Shown in pieces: positions 25,501 to 35,613 of a stretch of 64,000 nt of DNA. Each line of letters opens with the position of its first letter. The first letter of the stretch is position 1. Below the pieces are notes generated by a model, which saw only the letters and a list, made by a program, of their open reading frames with translations, did no database searches and had not been told where the DNA came from. The position numbers and the translations under genes are program-made. The DNA is from Eledone cirrhosa (Eukaryota): assembly GCA_964016885.1 (NCBI GenBank), contig OZ024748.1, positions 29,574,001-29,638,000 on the forward strand. The letters are read 5' to 3'.

Positions 25501-28500
25501 CTTCCTTCCACCTGGATCTCCTGGCACTTCTTATTCAATGATCAATCATCCTTGTGCATAATATGTCCATATCAATGCAATCCCCTTTTTTTCACATTGC
25601 GTTTGATGGCTCCTATGTCCAGTTTTTCTCTCAGCTCATCCCTGCTACAGCATCCATGCACATTAACATTACACAGTTACACATCCATTGGAGCATGCTC
25701 ACTTTGTTTCTCTCCAGCCTTTGCATATCTTCTGCATTCACTGCCCATGTCTCACTATAATGCAACATTGCACTTTGCACACAAATATCCACACAACAAC
25801 AACAAGAAAAAGTAAATCTCACCTTTAGCATTAATGACTATTTGTTCATAACCACAACCATGATCAGCACATGCCCATTCGTTCAAACAGTCAGGAATCC
25901 AGTTGGTCAAATTTGACAAAGATTCAATAGCAAAGTGAAAATTCTTATGGTTATATTGCCAGTTGGAACTTGCCTTGGTTCTGTTAAAATGGTTAAAAGA
26001 TGGAGAAGGTTAACATACATTAAAGCTATAAAAAGGGGAGAGCAGAAGTAGTAAAAGATGCACATAGAAGACACTAGACAGATTGTGAGTTGGGCCTGTT
26101 GCCAAAGGAGATTGGTCACTGGATGGTTTTTTTTCAATGGTGTAACCTCAGATTTAGAAAATAGAGTTCTTTGAATTCTTGACTTGACTTACTTTTTTCT
26201 CAAAACAAGAATTAAAAAAATTAAAACAAACAAACCAAAAATTATTAACCAAAGAAACTGGTAAAAAAATTCTCTAAGGTATTAATGTGCGGTCCAGAAT
26301 GTTCTGAAATATTGCAGTTGATACTATTGGTGATGGAAAAGACATGACATAGTGTTTAGTTGATGTAAATATTTAATCTAAAAAGAAATAAATTTGAAGA
26401 TAAAAGATGGAAGTCATAAGTAACTAAGGGGTAATGCATTCGGACAACAAGGCAACACCAATCTGATGTTTTTTTTTGCAAAGGGTATGAGATAGTAATA
26501 TATATTAATAGTAAGTATGGGGGTTGTAACTCCATATGAAGTCATAAGGGGTGTCTTGGACATTTTAAACCTGATGGAGCCCATCCCCTCTTCAGGTTTG
26601 AACACAGTCGATGAGAGAGAGATGCACCATATAAGCACAGCAATAGCCAGCATTAAGACAATAAGACAGACATTGTTGGCAGAAATACCCCCATTTAGTT
26701 GCAAGTAGATCAGTAAAAAAAATGCAAAGAATATTATGACTAACTCAGTCTAAATTCAGAAACTGTTAGACAGCTAGCTGGGTTTATCTGTTGGGGTATT
26801 GACATGTTTACAAAATATCCATCTTGTTTACCTAAGTGGGACATCTCCATGATTGTTCGTCAAGTTGGAAATAGCAGCCTCATGTCACGTGAGAAGGAGA
26901 CAAGATAATATAATCCAGGATAAGTTATATCATCATCATTTCATTTTACGTCCGCTTTTCCCTGCTTGCAAGGGTGGGACGGGAACTGATTCTGGCTTGA
27001 TTTCTACAGCTGGATGCCCTTCCTAACACCAACCTCATTTACAGTGAGTGCTGGGTGCTTTTTAGCCGTGGCACCTCCACGACCACTTAGCAGTGGAATG
27101 ATAGGGACCCCAGTCCTATCATCTCATTTCTACAGCTGAGTAAACTGGAGCAATGTGAAATAAAGTGTCTTGCTCAAGGAAACAACACGTTACCCGGTCT
27201 GAGAATTGAACTCACAACCTTTCAATTGCAAGGCCAATGCTCTAACCACTAAGCCATGTGCCTCCTCTTCTATATATAAATTCCTGCGATTCTGTCACAA
27301 CACGTAAAGAAAGAGAAGTAGTTTGACTACCTTACTAGTCCTCTCTCTTTACGTCTGCTACCTGCGTGAATGTATGTGTGTAAAAGGAAGGAAGGTGATG
27401 ATGAAAAAACTACGCTGTATGTATGTGCATGTGTGTTTGTGTGAATGTATGTCTGTGAGTGTGTACTTTTGTAATGTGTCTGTGTTTGCGCGTTTATATT
27501 TATATACTTATACATATAAATGTATCCATATACACATACGCGTCAGCGTGTGGAAAACATTTTTAGTTGTCTAAAATTGACACCAATCAGTCTGGAGAAA
27601 CTGGCCATTTCAGGGTTATTTGAGATAACACTTTCTTCAGCCCATTCAACTCTCGGTTCTCGGAAGAGAAAACATCACCTCGAGTTGCTCAAGCAAACAG
27701 ATAGATGTAGTGCTCAATAAAGTTTAGATCAATGCACCTGGTCAAATTACTACTGCATTCATGCAAACCAACCGCACTTGGTTCCTTGTTGTTTTCTTAC
27801 ATTGTCGACTATAGCTTCGACATTAGTTATTTCTTCATAAAAATTATCATAGTAGTGATTTTTGTTATTGTGCATCTGATATTCTTAATTGTAGCTTTTT
27901 CAACTACTAACTCTGGTAACGAGTACAGCCACACATCTCGACTCACTGACACACACACTCAATTAATTTGCCATGTCACAAATTTCCCACCGCGCTTATA
28001 TGGGATTGAGCAATTCACGGAATCACCTGCTACGCTCAAGCGAACAACGAACAATAATACTAAACTCAAACCATCGCTCGCATTACATCGAAAACATATA
28101 ACAGCTTTACATATATATACGTATATACTGAGTGAGAAAGAAATTACCCCAATGTCTGCAGACGTGTGTACAACCATTTAGCCATTAGTAAAGGATCGCT
28201 GTTACCCGCTGGCAGAAACATGTAGTGTACATGGTCAAGTTTGTTCTGGACGAGAGGGAGTAAAGCATTATCCGAGTGCCACAAACAGTCGACGTAACTA
28301 GATTGGTTATCAAAAACAACGAATATGAGAGAGCTGTTGGCAAATAAAACACTCGGGTATTTCAATGTTCCTTCCAAGCTATTCAAAACAAAATCGGGGG
28401 CGTTGTCGTTCGGCATGTATTTAATACTCTTGGAGCTATTAGGTTGGGGTTTTTTCTTATGCTGCCGAGCCTTCAGATTTTTGAGGGCCACATCATTCTG

Positions 28501-28635
28501 GAAACTTCTCAACTGACCCCGATGAGATAATGATAATGTCTGAACGACCCTATTAGGAAAGGCTCGCTCCGGCTGTTGATATTGACTGGCAGAGAAAGCG
28601 AGCAAAAAATAGAAACTAAATATTAAGTAACTCAT
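16295..28635 (-). CDS. Secreted/lysosomal PNGase F-like peptide:N-glycanase with a PA (protease-associated) domain, 11 coding exons, 688 aa
   Basis: Coding exons in transcript order: 28148-28635, 25823-25980, 24960-25150, 24006-24157, 20072-20209, 19334-19461, 18479-18647, 18231-18376, 17559-17683, 16672-16795, 16295-16542. All GT-AG, phases consistent, 2067 nt, no internal stop. N-terminal hydrophobic signal MSYLIFSFYFLLAFSA. PA motif RVALVYNSGCSIFQQITNVQSAGYKGAVIM. PNGase F-like motifs CPTWDRT, ELGRWITPF, DVSPLLPLL, ITGHG, GCGEFC, GTWLYGRDGWCDG. Many N-x-S/T sequons. Confidence 0.88.
16672..16795 (-). CDS. PNGase F-like gene exon 10 (TGHG, CGEFC)
   Basis: tag|IMIYAVITGHGSDENGCGEFCVTSHHFDINDKIYNITFDNA|GTAAG. 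Confidence 0.9.
17559..17683 (-). CDS. PNGase F-like gene exon 9
   Basis: tag|SSSLLYPAEAKVLFLPGATFDHNYNKHFKPYHFQVDQKYSK|GTTTGT. Confidence 0.85.
18231..18376 (-). CDS. PNGase F-like gene exon 8
   Basis: tag|RIGIWITDVSPLLPLLTSRQCTFHMFTDPWASPWKPSASLRFSNPHTN|GTAAG. Confidence 0.9.
18479..18647 (-). CDS. PNGase F-like gene exon 7 (catalytic WDR motif)
   Basis: cag|LRTYTTFELQVNLSCPGTRDEDCPTWDRTVSLHVCC...ELGRWITPFR|GTATAT. Confidence 0.9.
19334..19461 (-). CDS. PNGase F-like gene exon 6
   Basis: cag|MKFQNKLERRLWQSDLVVPLFQNVTMKSKMGVIANVTLPPLK|GTAGGT. Confidence 0.8.
20072..20209 (-). CDS. PNGase F-like gene exon 5
   Basis: cag|NGPLTIQLQNNPSHNFYMAINPLGKLMEFGWMLYPSANFLVWQAEW|GTGAGT. Confidence 0.85.
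20640..23392 (+). mobile_element. Decayed near-full-length RTE LINE in intron 4 of the PNGase-like gene
   Basis: EN (TLNAGTL, CVQE, YAPQ, GDFNGH, QIDY) and RT ([13 protein letters not shown]) fragments with many stops and frameshifts. Confidence 0.88.
24006..24157 (-). CDS. PNGase F-like gene exon 4 (PA domain)
   Basis: cag|ITNVQSAGYKGAVIMMRPGEPLQDMNCQSEQCTKPFTIFATAVPYNKSVL|GTAAG. Confidence 0.85.
24345..24675. repeat. 27-bp minisatellite (TTCATCATTAACCCTGTTATCCCTACC), ~11-12 imperfect copies
   Basis: Read directly; gives rise to spurious ORFs 24295-24852 and 24398-24676. Confidence 0.9.
24960..25150 (-). CDS. PNGase F-like gene exon 3 (start of PA domain)
   Basis: tag|GSHSSVTLKRLDARYDWLP...DRVALVYNSGCSIFQQ|GTATTA. 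Confidence 0.85.
25325..25795 (-). mobile_element. RTE LINE 3' fragment
   Basis: SAMLHYSETWAV...RLERN..SMLQWMC. Confidence 0.75.
25823..25980 (-). CDS. PNGase F-like gene exon 2
   Basis: cag|TKASSNWQYNHKNFHFAIESLSNLTNWIPDCLNEWACADHGCGYEQIVINAK|GTGAGA. Confidence 0.82.
26929..27265 (-). mobile_element. SINE family B copy
   Basis: Near-identical reverse complement of 3849-4196. Confidence 0.8.
28148..28635 (-). CDS. PNGase F-like gene coding exon 1 (signal peptide, N-terminal domain)
   Basis: ATG at 28635 (the ORF-track start at 28659 is TTG); MSYLIFSFYFLLAFSA...APDFVLNSLEG...RLQTLG|GTAATT. Confidence 0.82.
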
Positions 28636-30223
28636 ATTTGTGCGAATGTTTTCATGCAACTAATCTTCAACCTCGTGCGTTGACTGTAATAAACAAAATC
28701 TTTCTCTATATACCCATTTCGAACAAGCACTTTATTCTACTACAGTTAAGTTGTTTGTCAAGAGTCACGCCCCTTGTATATGTGTGTGTTATATTTTCTT
28801 TTTCTGGGTTCAGTCAGACTGCGGTCTGCGTATTACGTGTTCCAGCCGACAAGCTGAGGCCATGCTGGGGCACTGCCATTGTATTTAAGTTCTGTATATA
28901 ATATATGTATGTAATATATTTAACTTAAAGAAAACTGTAGTAATATATAGTATGTTTTTTTTTTTAATGGCAATTACTCTTATGTCCATTCTGATAGGTT
29001 TGTGGTTGAGCATGTAGCCGTCGAGATGTCCGGCGTTCTTGGCGCCCGGGCCACATCTCTGATCACTGCTGTCGGAGCGAAGTTGGCTGCCTGCAGGTGC
29101 GAGGTGCGAGCCCTTTGATGTGGAATGGCTGTTCCAGCGCGTCTCTCACGCCGTTCACCGGGGCAATCTCTTCATCCTGTCGGCCGGGACCACACGGCGG
29201 ATGATATGTTAGAGTAAAGAACAGGGTGGCAGTTTTCAGACAAAAGCCTCAATAAGGCTGACACACACAGCATTATATGAAATTGGTTTTAAATGCAAAG
29301 ATGTGATATGTTAAATAATTAATCTTTAGGTGTCTTTTTATCCCCCCCCCCCTCTCCTTTCGTAATGTTAACTATTAAAAAAAAGGTAACAGACGTGAAA
29401 AGTGCAAATACAGGCTGTCACAAAGGTCACTAGCCCATTAGTGGAATTTCGATTCGCGAGCAAATCTGCTCACGAATGGTGTCTCGAGTAACGAACACGC
29501 AAGCCGGCAACAAGCTTGGAGTATCGGTGGGATATATATATATATATATATAGTATGACCGCAGTCATTTCAGTCCATCATATCGAACCCCTGCACTTGT
29601 TTTTTAAAGCCTGATACTTATTTTACCGATCTCCTTTTTGTTGAACTGCTATGTTATGAGGCACAAATATAGACACACACGTATGAGGAGCTTCTGCAGT
29701 TTCTGCCTACCAAATTCCACTCACAAGTCATTGGTTAAACCCGTGGCCGAAGAAAATGATACTCATCGAAGGTGCAGCACAGCCGGACTGAACCCATAAC
29801 TACGTGGTTGCGAAATATACATTTGCTAGTAGGCAAAACAGATGTTAAATTATGATACTTTCACACCCACTCATATATATATATCTTCCTCCGCCCTTCA
29901 CCGGGTCTTGTATTTCATCCCACAGGGTATCCACATATCACCCCCCTCACTAAGCTTGCTTTGTGGGGTTGCCGGTTTATATATATATATATATATGCCT
30001 GCTGGTCATCGATCTGTCCAGTTCCTTTGTCTACCAGCATATCAGGAAAAAATAATACATTTTCTCAGTATTTTGTCTGAGAACATGTTTTGCTTTATGT
30101 TATACCTAAAACTTTGCATCTTTGAAATCTTAACTATAATAAAGTAAGGAGTGCGGCTCTGCGTACGGTTTATTTCTTTTAATCCAGTTAGTAAAATAAG
30201 TTGGATTACTTTGAATAAATAAT

Positions 30224-30408
30224 TGTTTCTACTATTGGCACAAGGCCAGAAATTACCCAGTACATTACTGGTACTTTATTTTATCGACCCCGTAAGGATG
30301 AAAGGCAAAGTCAACCTCGGCGGGATTTGAACTCAGATCGTAAAGGGACGTAACTATGCTGGAAAGCATGGCGTCCGACCCTCTACCGATACTGCCAATC
30401 CACCGCCC
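30224..30408 (-). mobile_element. SINE family A copy with a 14-bp TSD
   Basis: TTTGAATAAATAAT at 30210-30223 and 30409-30422. Confidence 0.88.
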
Positions 30409-30799
30409 TTTGAATAAATAATGAATGAATATTACATAATCTATGTACTAAATTTAGCCGCAAGGCAACCGGAGGTTTAAGTTCAGAGTTTGTCTTCTCT
30501 TAGATGGACTGCCCTACTAGGCTGACGAGTTCCATCTACCTGGAATATATATATATATATATATCATAGGTATATATACAATCCAATTCAAGAAGAAAGT
30601 GTAGAGATTAGTTCGTGAAAATTAAATGCCAGTAGCAAAAAGAGCAGTGTGTTCAATGTGTGTAAATGCAAGACAAGTGTTTAGAGAAGGCAAAATAAAG
30701 CTTCAGCCAAGCATTATTTTGCCCTCTCTAAACACTTGTTATAATAAGCAAAGTTATAATTAGAGAAATTCAACCAAAATTCATGAAGAAGTGTTTATT

Positions 30800-30925
30800 A
30801 GTTTACAATTGTTTCGAAGGAAGAGATCAAAATTCAATCAATAAATGTGCATACTATCAATATTTCAATTAATAGACACACATGGTATTAAGAGCTAGTA
30901 CGATCAGATCCTTCTCTTCAGACCT
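30800..30925 (-). ncRNA. Penelope-type minimal hammerhead ribozyme motif
   Basis: AGGU-CUGAAGA-GAAGGA...UCCUUC-GAAA-CAAUUG-UA^AACU. Intact core, G-C closing stem II, palindromic stem III ACAAUUGU; short stem I with one mismatch. Confidence 0.6.
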
Positions 30926-31859
30926 TACAAACAAATTTTAAAATATGTCACTTAGGGACGATTACATCAAGTGTGAAAAACATACCAGTAATTTTACCAA
31001 AAAGAAACCACAACAGCCATATTTATAGCATGTTTTACAAGATAGGAAGTAAACAAACACTTTAAGATGAAAGAAAGATAACTCCTATCTAAGGTGGGTG
31101 TATAAATTCACTGAAGAGCTTAGAAAAAGTATTATTGTTATATCATTCAGGTATTATTAAAGATTAGCATATGAAGTGACTATTATCCTAGGGGGTATAA
31201 ATAATCTCTCCCACCAAATATTGGATATAGAATAAGTACAACATAAAAATTATTAATTACCTGTAGATAATAGTCTGGGAATACAAAATAAAAATAAGGA
31301 GAAGGATTTTTAATTAAATATATAAAAAAAACCATAAAAAACCTCAAATTCCCTAATATATAATGTCCATAAAGCAGTAAATAAAAGAAGTTAAGAGGGG
31401 GCAGCAAAATAGAAATTAAAATAAATTATCAGTAGTGTGCTGACAGGATAATACAATGTAAATTCAATTATAATTGTTGATATGACTCAATCATCATCAA
31501 CATCGTTTAACGTCTATCTTCCACGCTAGCATGGGTTTAGACTTGAGGCAAGATTGGTTGTCTTGCTCATGTAGGACTGTTTGGCAGGTTTTCTACGACT
31601 GGATGCCCTTCCTAACACCAACCACGTTTACAGTGTGGACTGGGAGGTTTTTACCGTGTTACCTACACGGCCACATTACAGCGTGCACTGTTTTTTTTTT
31701 GTCGTGACACCTAGACGACCTCATTTATTTAGGACTGGATGTTGTGGTACCAACATAACTTTACATCGAAAGGGGTGGGGGTGGGGGTAGTGGTGTATTT
31801 TGGTTAAGAGGTGTCTACTGACTGTAGGTTTCGCTTTGTACTTAGGCAAGGCGGCTCTT

Positions 31860-32030
31860 CTGTATTAGAATTACTAACAGTGAAAAGAGGGTCGTCTCTA
31901 TATAAACCTCGCGGCAGTATTGGTAATTCATCCTTCAGCTTATATAAGAGGTAAATACTGACAAGGTCAGTAACTTGGGAAGAGTCACTTGACCCCACAG
32001 TGATGTCAAAATTGTCAGGTCGGTTTGCTC
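31860..32030 (-). mobile_element. Penelope-like element reverse transcriptase fragment
   Basis: FDITVGSSDSSQVTDLVSIYLL...GLYRDD resembles the PLE RT pattern FDxTMGSxDGAExxELVGLYxL...GLYRDD. Confidence 0.6.
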
Positions 32031-32075
32031 TAGTCACATTGACCGTGCTATCCATGATGCGGGAGAGAGCAAGAG

Positions 32076-32400
32076 TCACTGACTACCCCAGTGACAAAGT
32101 GTAATACCATCAAGTCTTTTCCCATTAATTCTGGATAGACCATCCGGCTCCAGAACTGAAGGGATATTTATCTGAGCTAAGGCCCACTTACTGATCAGGT
32201 TTAGCTCAGTGTTGTGAGCAAAGCAACCAGCATTCAGGTGGCAAGACAAACCATTGAGACCTGTGGAGTCATACCACAGTGACATCTCAGACCTCCACAG
32301 ACATTGGTTCCCACTCTGAGTGCAATGGAGCTTGCCAAGACTGAGAAGACCAACGATGTTGGCCACAGGCAAGGCATCAACCCAGTTTCCTGAAAATTGA
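32076..32400 (-). mobile_element. RLE-type non-LTR retrotransposon fragment
   Basis: LEPDGLSRINGKRLDGITL..W with an upstream degenerate Cys/His knuckle. Confidence 0.55.
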
Positions 32401-34599
32401 TCAGATTGATCAATGAGAAAATTGACAGAAGAAAAAAAATAGATTTCTGAGAATTCATTTAAAGAAATAAACAAACAAAATAAAACTGTCTTCACACAGA
32501 TTTTTGTAAAAAAAAAAGGTATAATTGCTTTTGCTTTGTAATTTTTGTAAAAACATTTGCTTTAAATAAAAACAACAAAATGAGGAAAGTGTAAAAGCAT
32601 GTAAAAAGGATTTAAAAACAATTATCACTATGGTATGTGTATGTGTATATATATATGTGTATGTGTGTATATATATGTGAGTGTGTGTATATGGTACATT
32701 AGGTGGTGAAAACCAGGTAAGAATGTATCCACATCTTCAGGTTAATGACCAGTAATTCGCCAGAGTGTGTATGTATTATATGCATTTATGTATGATATTT
32801 GAGCGTGTGCATGTGTGTGTGTATATATATATAAATGTGTGTGTGTGTGTACATGTGTAAACACAAAACAATGTAGACTTACCTGTGAGTTGTAACTGAA
32901 CAAGTATAAGCAAATGCAAAACATAATTTACATAAACATACACACATATAGACATAACTTTATACAAACATACAGACAACTATAGACACACATATAGACA
33001 TAACTATATACACAGATATAGACACAACATACACACATATAGACACATATAGACATAACTATATACACATATAGACAAATGAAAAACTATTCATCTTCAT
33101 TGTCACCAACAAATAATATTCTTTTATTGGTTTCAGTCATTAGAATGCAATCATGCTAGGGCACTGCTCACATATTTTTTATTGATCTCTATTTGTTGAA
33201 AAGCTAAGTCATAGGACATCAACAACAATAAAGATAAATGTAGACATTGGTGCACACACAAACATATATGACAGGTTTTGGCATAGTTTTATTTTACCAG
33301 ATTCACTCCGAAAGCTTTAATCAACCCGAGGCTATTGTAGAAGACACTTGCCTGTAGTGTTGTGTATTTTTCTTAATGTGGTCAGAGCAAAGATTGTCAA
33401 AAAGTTTCTCAGCTTACCAAATTGTAGGAATTTGAGAAAGGGATGGGGTACACATTGTAAGCCTAGTCCAGGGTACAAAATATGCAGGTGATGGCTCTAC
33501 ATATATGACAAGTAATTGTCAAACATAACGTTAGGGTTCAGTTCTACAGAACTTCAGTACGAAAGAAAAAAAGGCACTTCAATATTAACAACAGCAATAA
33601 TGATAACAATAACAATAATAATCATTTCTACTTTCGACACAAGGCCAGTAATTTTGGGGGAGAGGGTGTTGATTACATTGACCCTAGTACTTTACTTTAT
33701 TGACCAGGAAAGGACGAAAGGCAAACAGCTGCAACAAATGCTGCTACACATTTGCCTGATGCTCTAATGACTGCCAATGGTCATCATTTTACATCTGATT
33801 TCTACACTGGCATGGTTAAGTTATCAATAATAATTGTTGCTACTTTTGGCACAAGGCCAGCATTTTGAAGGGGAGGGGGAAGTCGACCAGATTGACCTAA
33901 GTGCATTACTGGTACTTTATTTTATCGACCCTGTAAGGATGAAAGGTAAAGCTAATTGTAGCAGGATTTGAACTCAGAACGTAAAGGGATATAACTCCCA
34001 GTCGTGAAGCATGGTATCTGATGATCTACCGATACTGCCAATAATAATAAGAGTTTCTAACATAGGCACCAGGCCAAATATTTGGTGAAAGGGGTTAATC
34101 GATTAAATTGTCTACCATCATTAGTTCTTTATTTATTAAACCCAATATGATAAAAGGTAAAGTCAACCTTAGAACACAGAGGACCAGAATGTATACTGCA
34201 AGGCATACTATCCGACACTCTAAAGACTGCCTTCAATCAATTAAACACTCAATCAATTAATAATAATAATATTGTTCATTTAGCCATGCCTCAAATTCAC
34301 ATTATTGGGAATGGTGATGTGTTTTCACCTCTGACCCAGGTTTTTTTAAATTTTAGTTTAAGACTGTTTAATCTACTTTTTCCTTTTTTTCCTTTCTGTT
34401 TAATTTTTTTTCTCTCTCCTTTTTTTCCCCCAATAACATCCAAAAGTTATTGATGCACTGGAGCGAGACATATTGTCTTTAATGCATTGAAATGTCCATG
34501 ATCTCCAGCAGACAACTGAAGAAGGGATTGTCCCCCATTTGTGCTTTCCTCTTATTTTTAAATACACTTTATCAAGTAACCACACAGCTCCGTTTCTTC

Positions 34600-34637
<38 letters not shown>

Positions 34638-35296
34638 CCATGCTGTGTATATATTATTGTGTGTAGTATGTTGTAAATAAGAAGATAAAGGTTATCTAAT
34701 AATATTTATATGATTCTATTTCTTAGCTGTGAACTTGGGAGAGGTTTATACTCAGTAATTACTGCAGATATTACATCTTTTTACCAAATATTATTGGATA
34801 TTGCCTAATATCTTTTCATTTTTAATGAGATGAGAGTTTGAAGTTAATTAAATAAAAAATACTTCACTTTTTCTCCCTATTTTAAAACCCTTTTGATACC
34901 AAATTACCTGAAACTTCACTTGGTTCTGTGATATAAAACAGCCCATTTTAAATTGTGTTTTTTTTATATTAAAACCTTCCATCACAATTTTATATAAAAA
35001 ATGTTTTATTATGTTCCAAACAATGGTTGAACATAACAATGTGAAAAGAAATGGTAGCTATTTTATTAAATCACTCCAAATTCTTGATTATTTTCAAAAT
35101 TAATCAAAACACATAGGCAGCAGATTTCCTTAGAAATATGGTTAAAATAGGGTTAATCACAAAAGGAAAAAAATGGTATTGTTTTTGAGATGTCTAACAG
35201 ATGAAGTTGACGTCCAGATAACTGTGTTTGTGTATATGGACTAGATTATTTTGATTAGATGGTTGACAGATATATGTATTCAGATATCTGCTAGCT

Positions 35297-35556
35297 GTAA
35301 TTTGCATCGAGATGTCCATCAGAAGAAGTCTATACCCAGATGTTCTCAAGATAAAGTCTACAGCCAGATGTTCTTAAGATGAAGTCTACAGCCAGATGTT
35401 CTTAAGATGAAGTCTACCTCCAGATGTTCTCAAGATAAAATCAAGTTTAAGATGTTTGCCAAACGAAAATTCAAGTCAAGATGTTGGTTTCCTAGCTCAT
35501 GTTTACATGTTGAAAATAGGCTCCAGATGAAGTTTATGTCCAGATGTCCTCCAGAT
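35297..35556 (-). repeat. 28-bp tandem repeat in the MTRR 3' UTR matching the terminal codons
   Basis: Units at 35325, 35353, 35381 and 35409 match 35529-35556, which spans the stop codon. Confidence 0.8.
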
Positions 35557-35613
35557 ATCGTTTCTCTAAGCGAAGTGTCATCAAGTCTTTGTTAGCCTCT
35601 TCAAGTGTTTGTT
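35534..35613 (-). CDS. MTRR: MTRR last coding exon
   Basis: cag|[29 protein letters not shown]; penultimate FAD-shielding Trp. Confidence 0.92.

Noticed and set aside
26565-26600. CTGAAGAGGGG on the minus strand within a small AAACCTGA/TCAGGTTT hairpin
   Set aside because: No matching stem II-GAAA half found.
16295-28635. Recent bacterial contamination or recent horizontal transfer of PNGase F
   Set aside because: Ten spliceosomal introns, several carrying host repeats, show long residence in the animal genome.
30470-30545. CTGACGAGTTCCA...TGGAA half-hammerhead
   Set aside because: No GAAA or stem III because it runs into a TA repeat; the segment looks like a common retroposon motif.
34515-34545. 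CTGAAGAAGGGATTGTCCC partial hammerhead
   Set aside because: Stem II is present, but GAAA, stem III and stem I are missing.
35325-35436. CRISPR-like appearance of 28-bp repeats
   Set aside because: Units are contiguous with no unique spacers, there are no cas genes, and the context is a eukaryotic 3' UTR.
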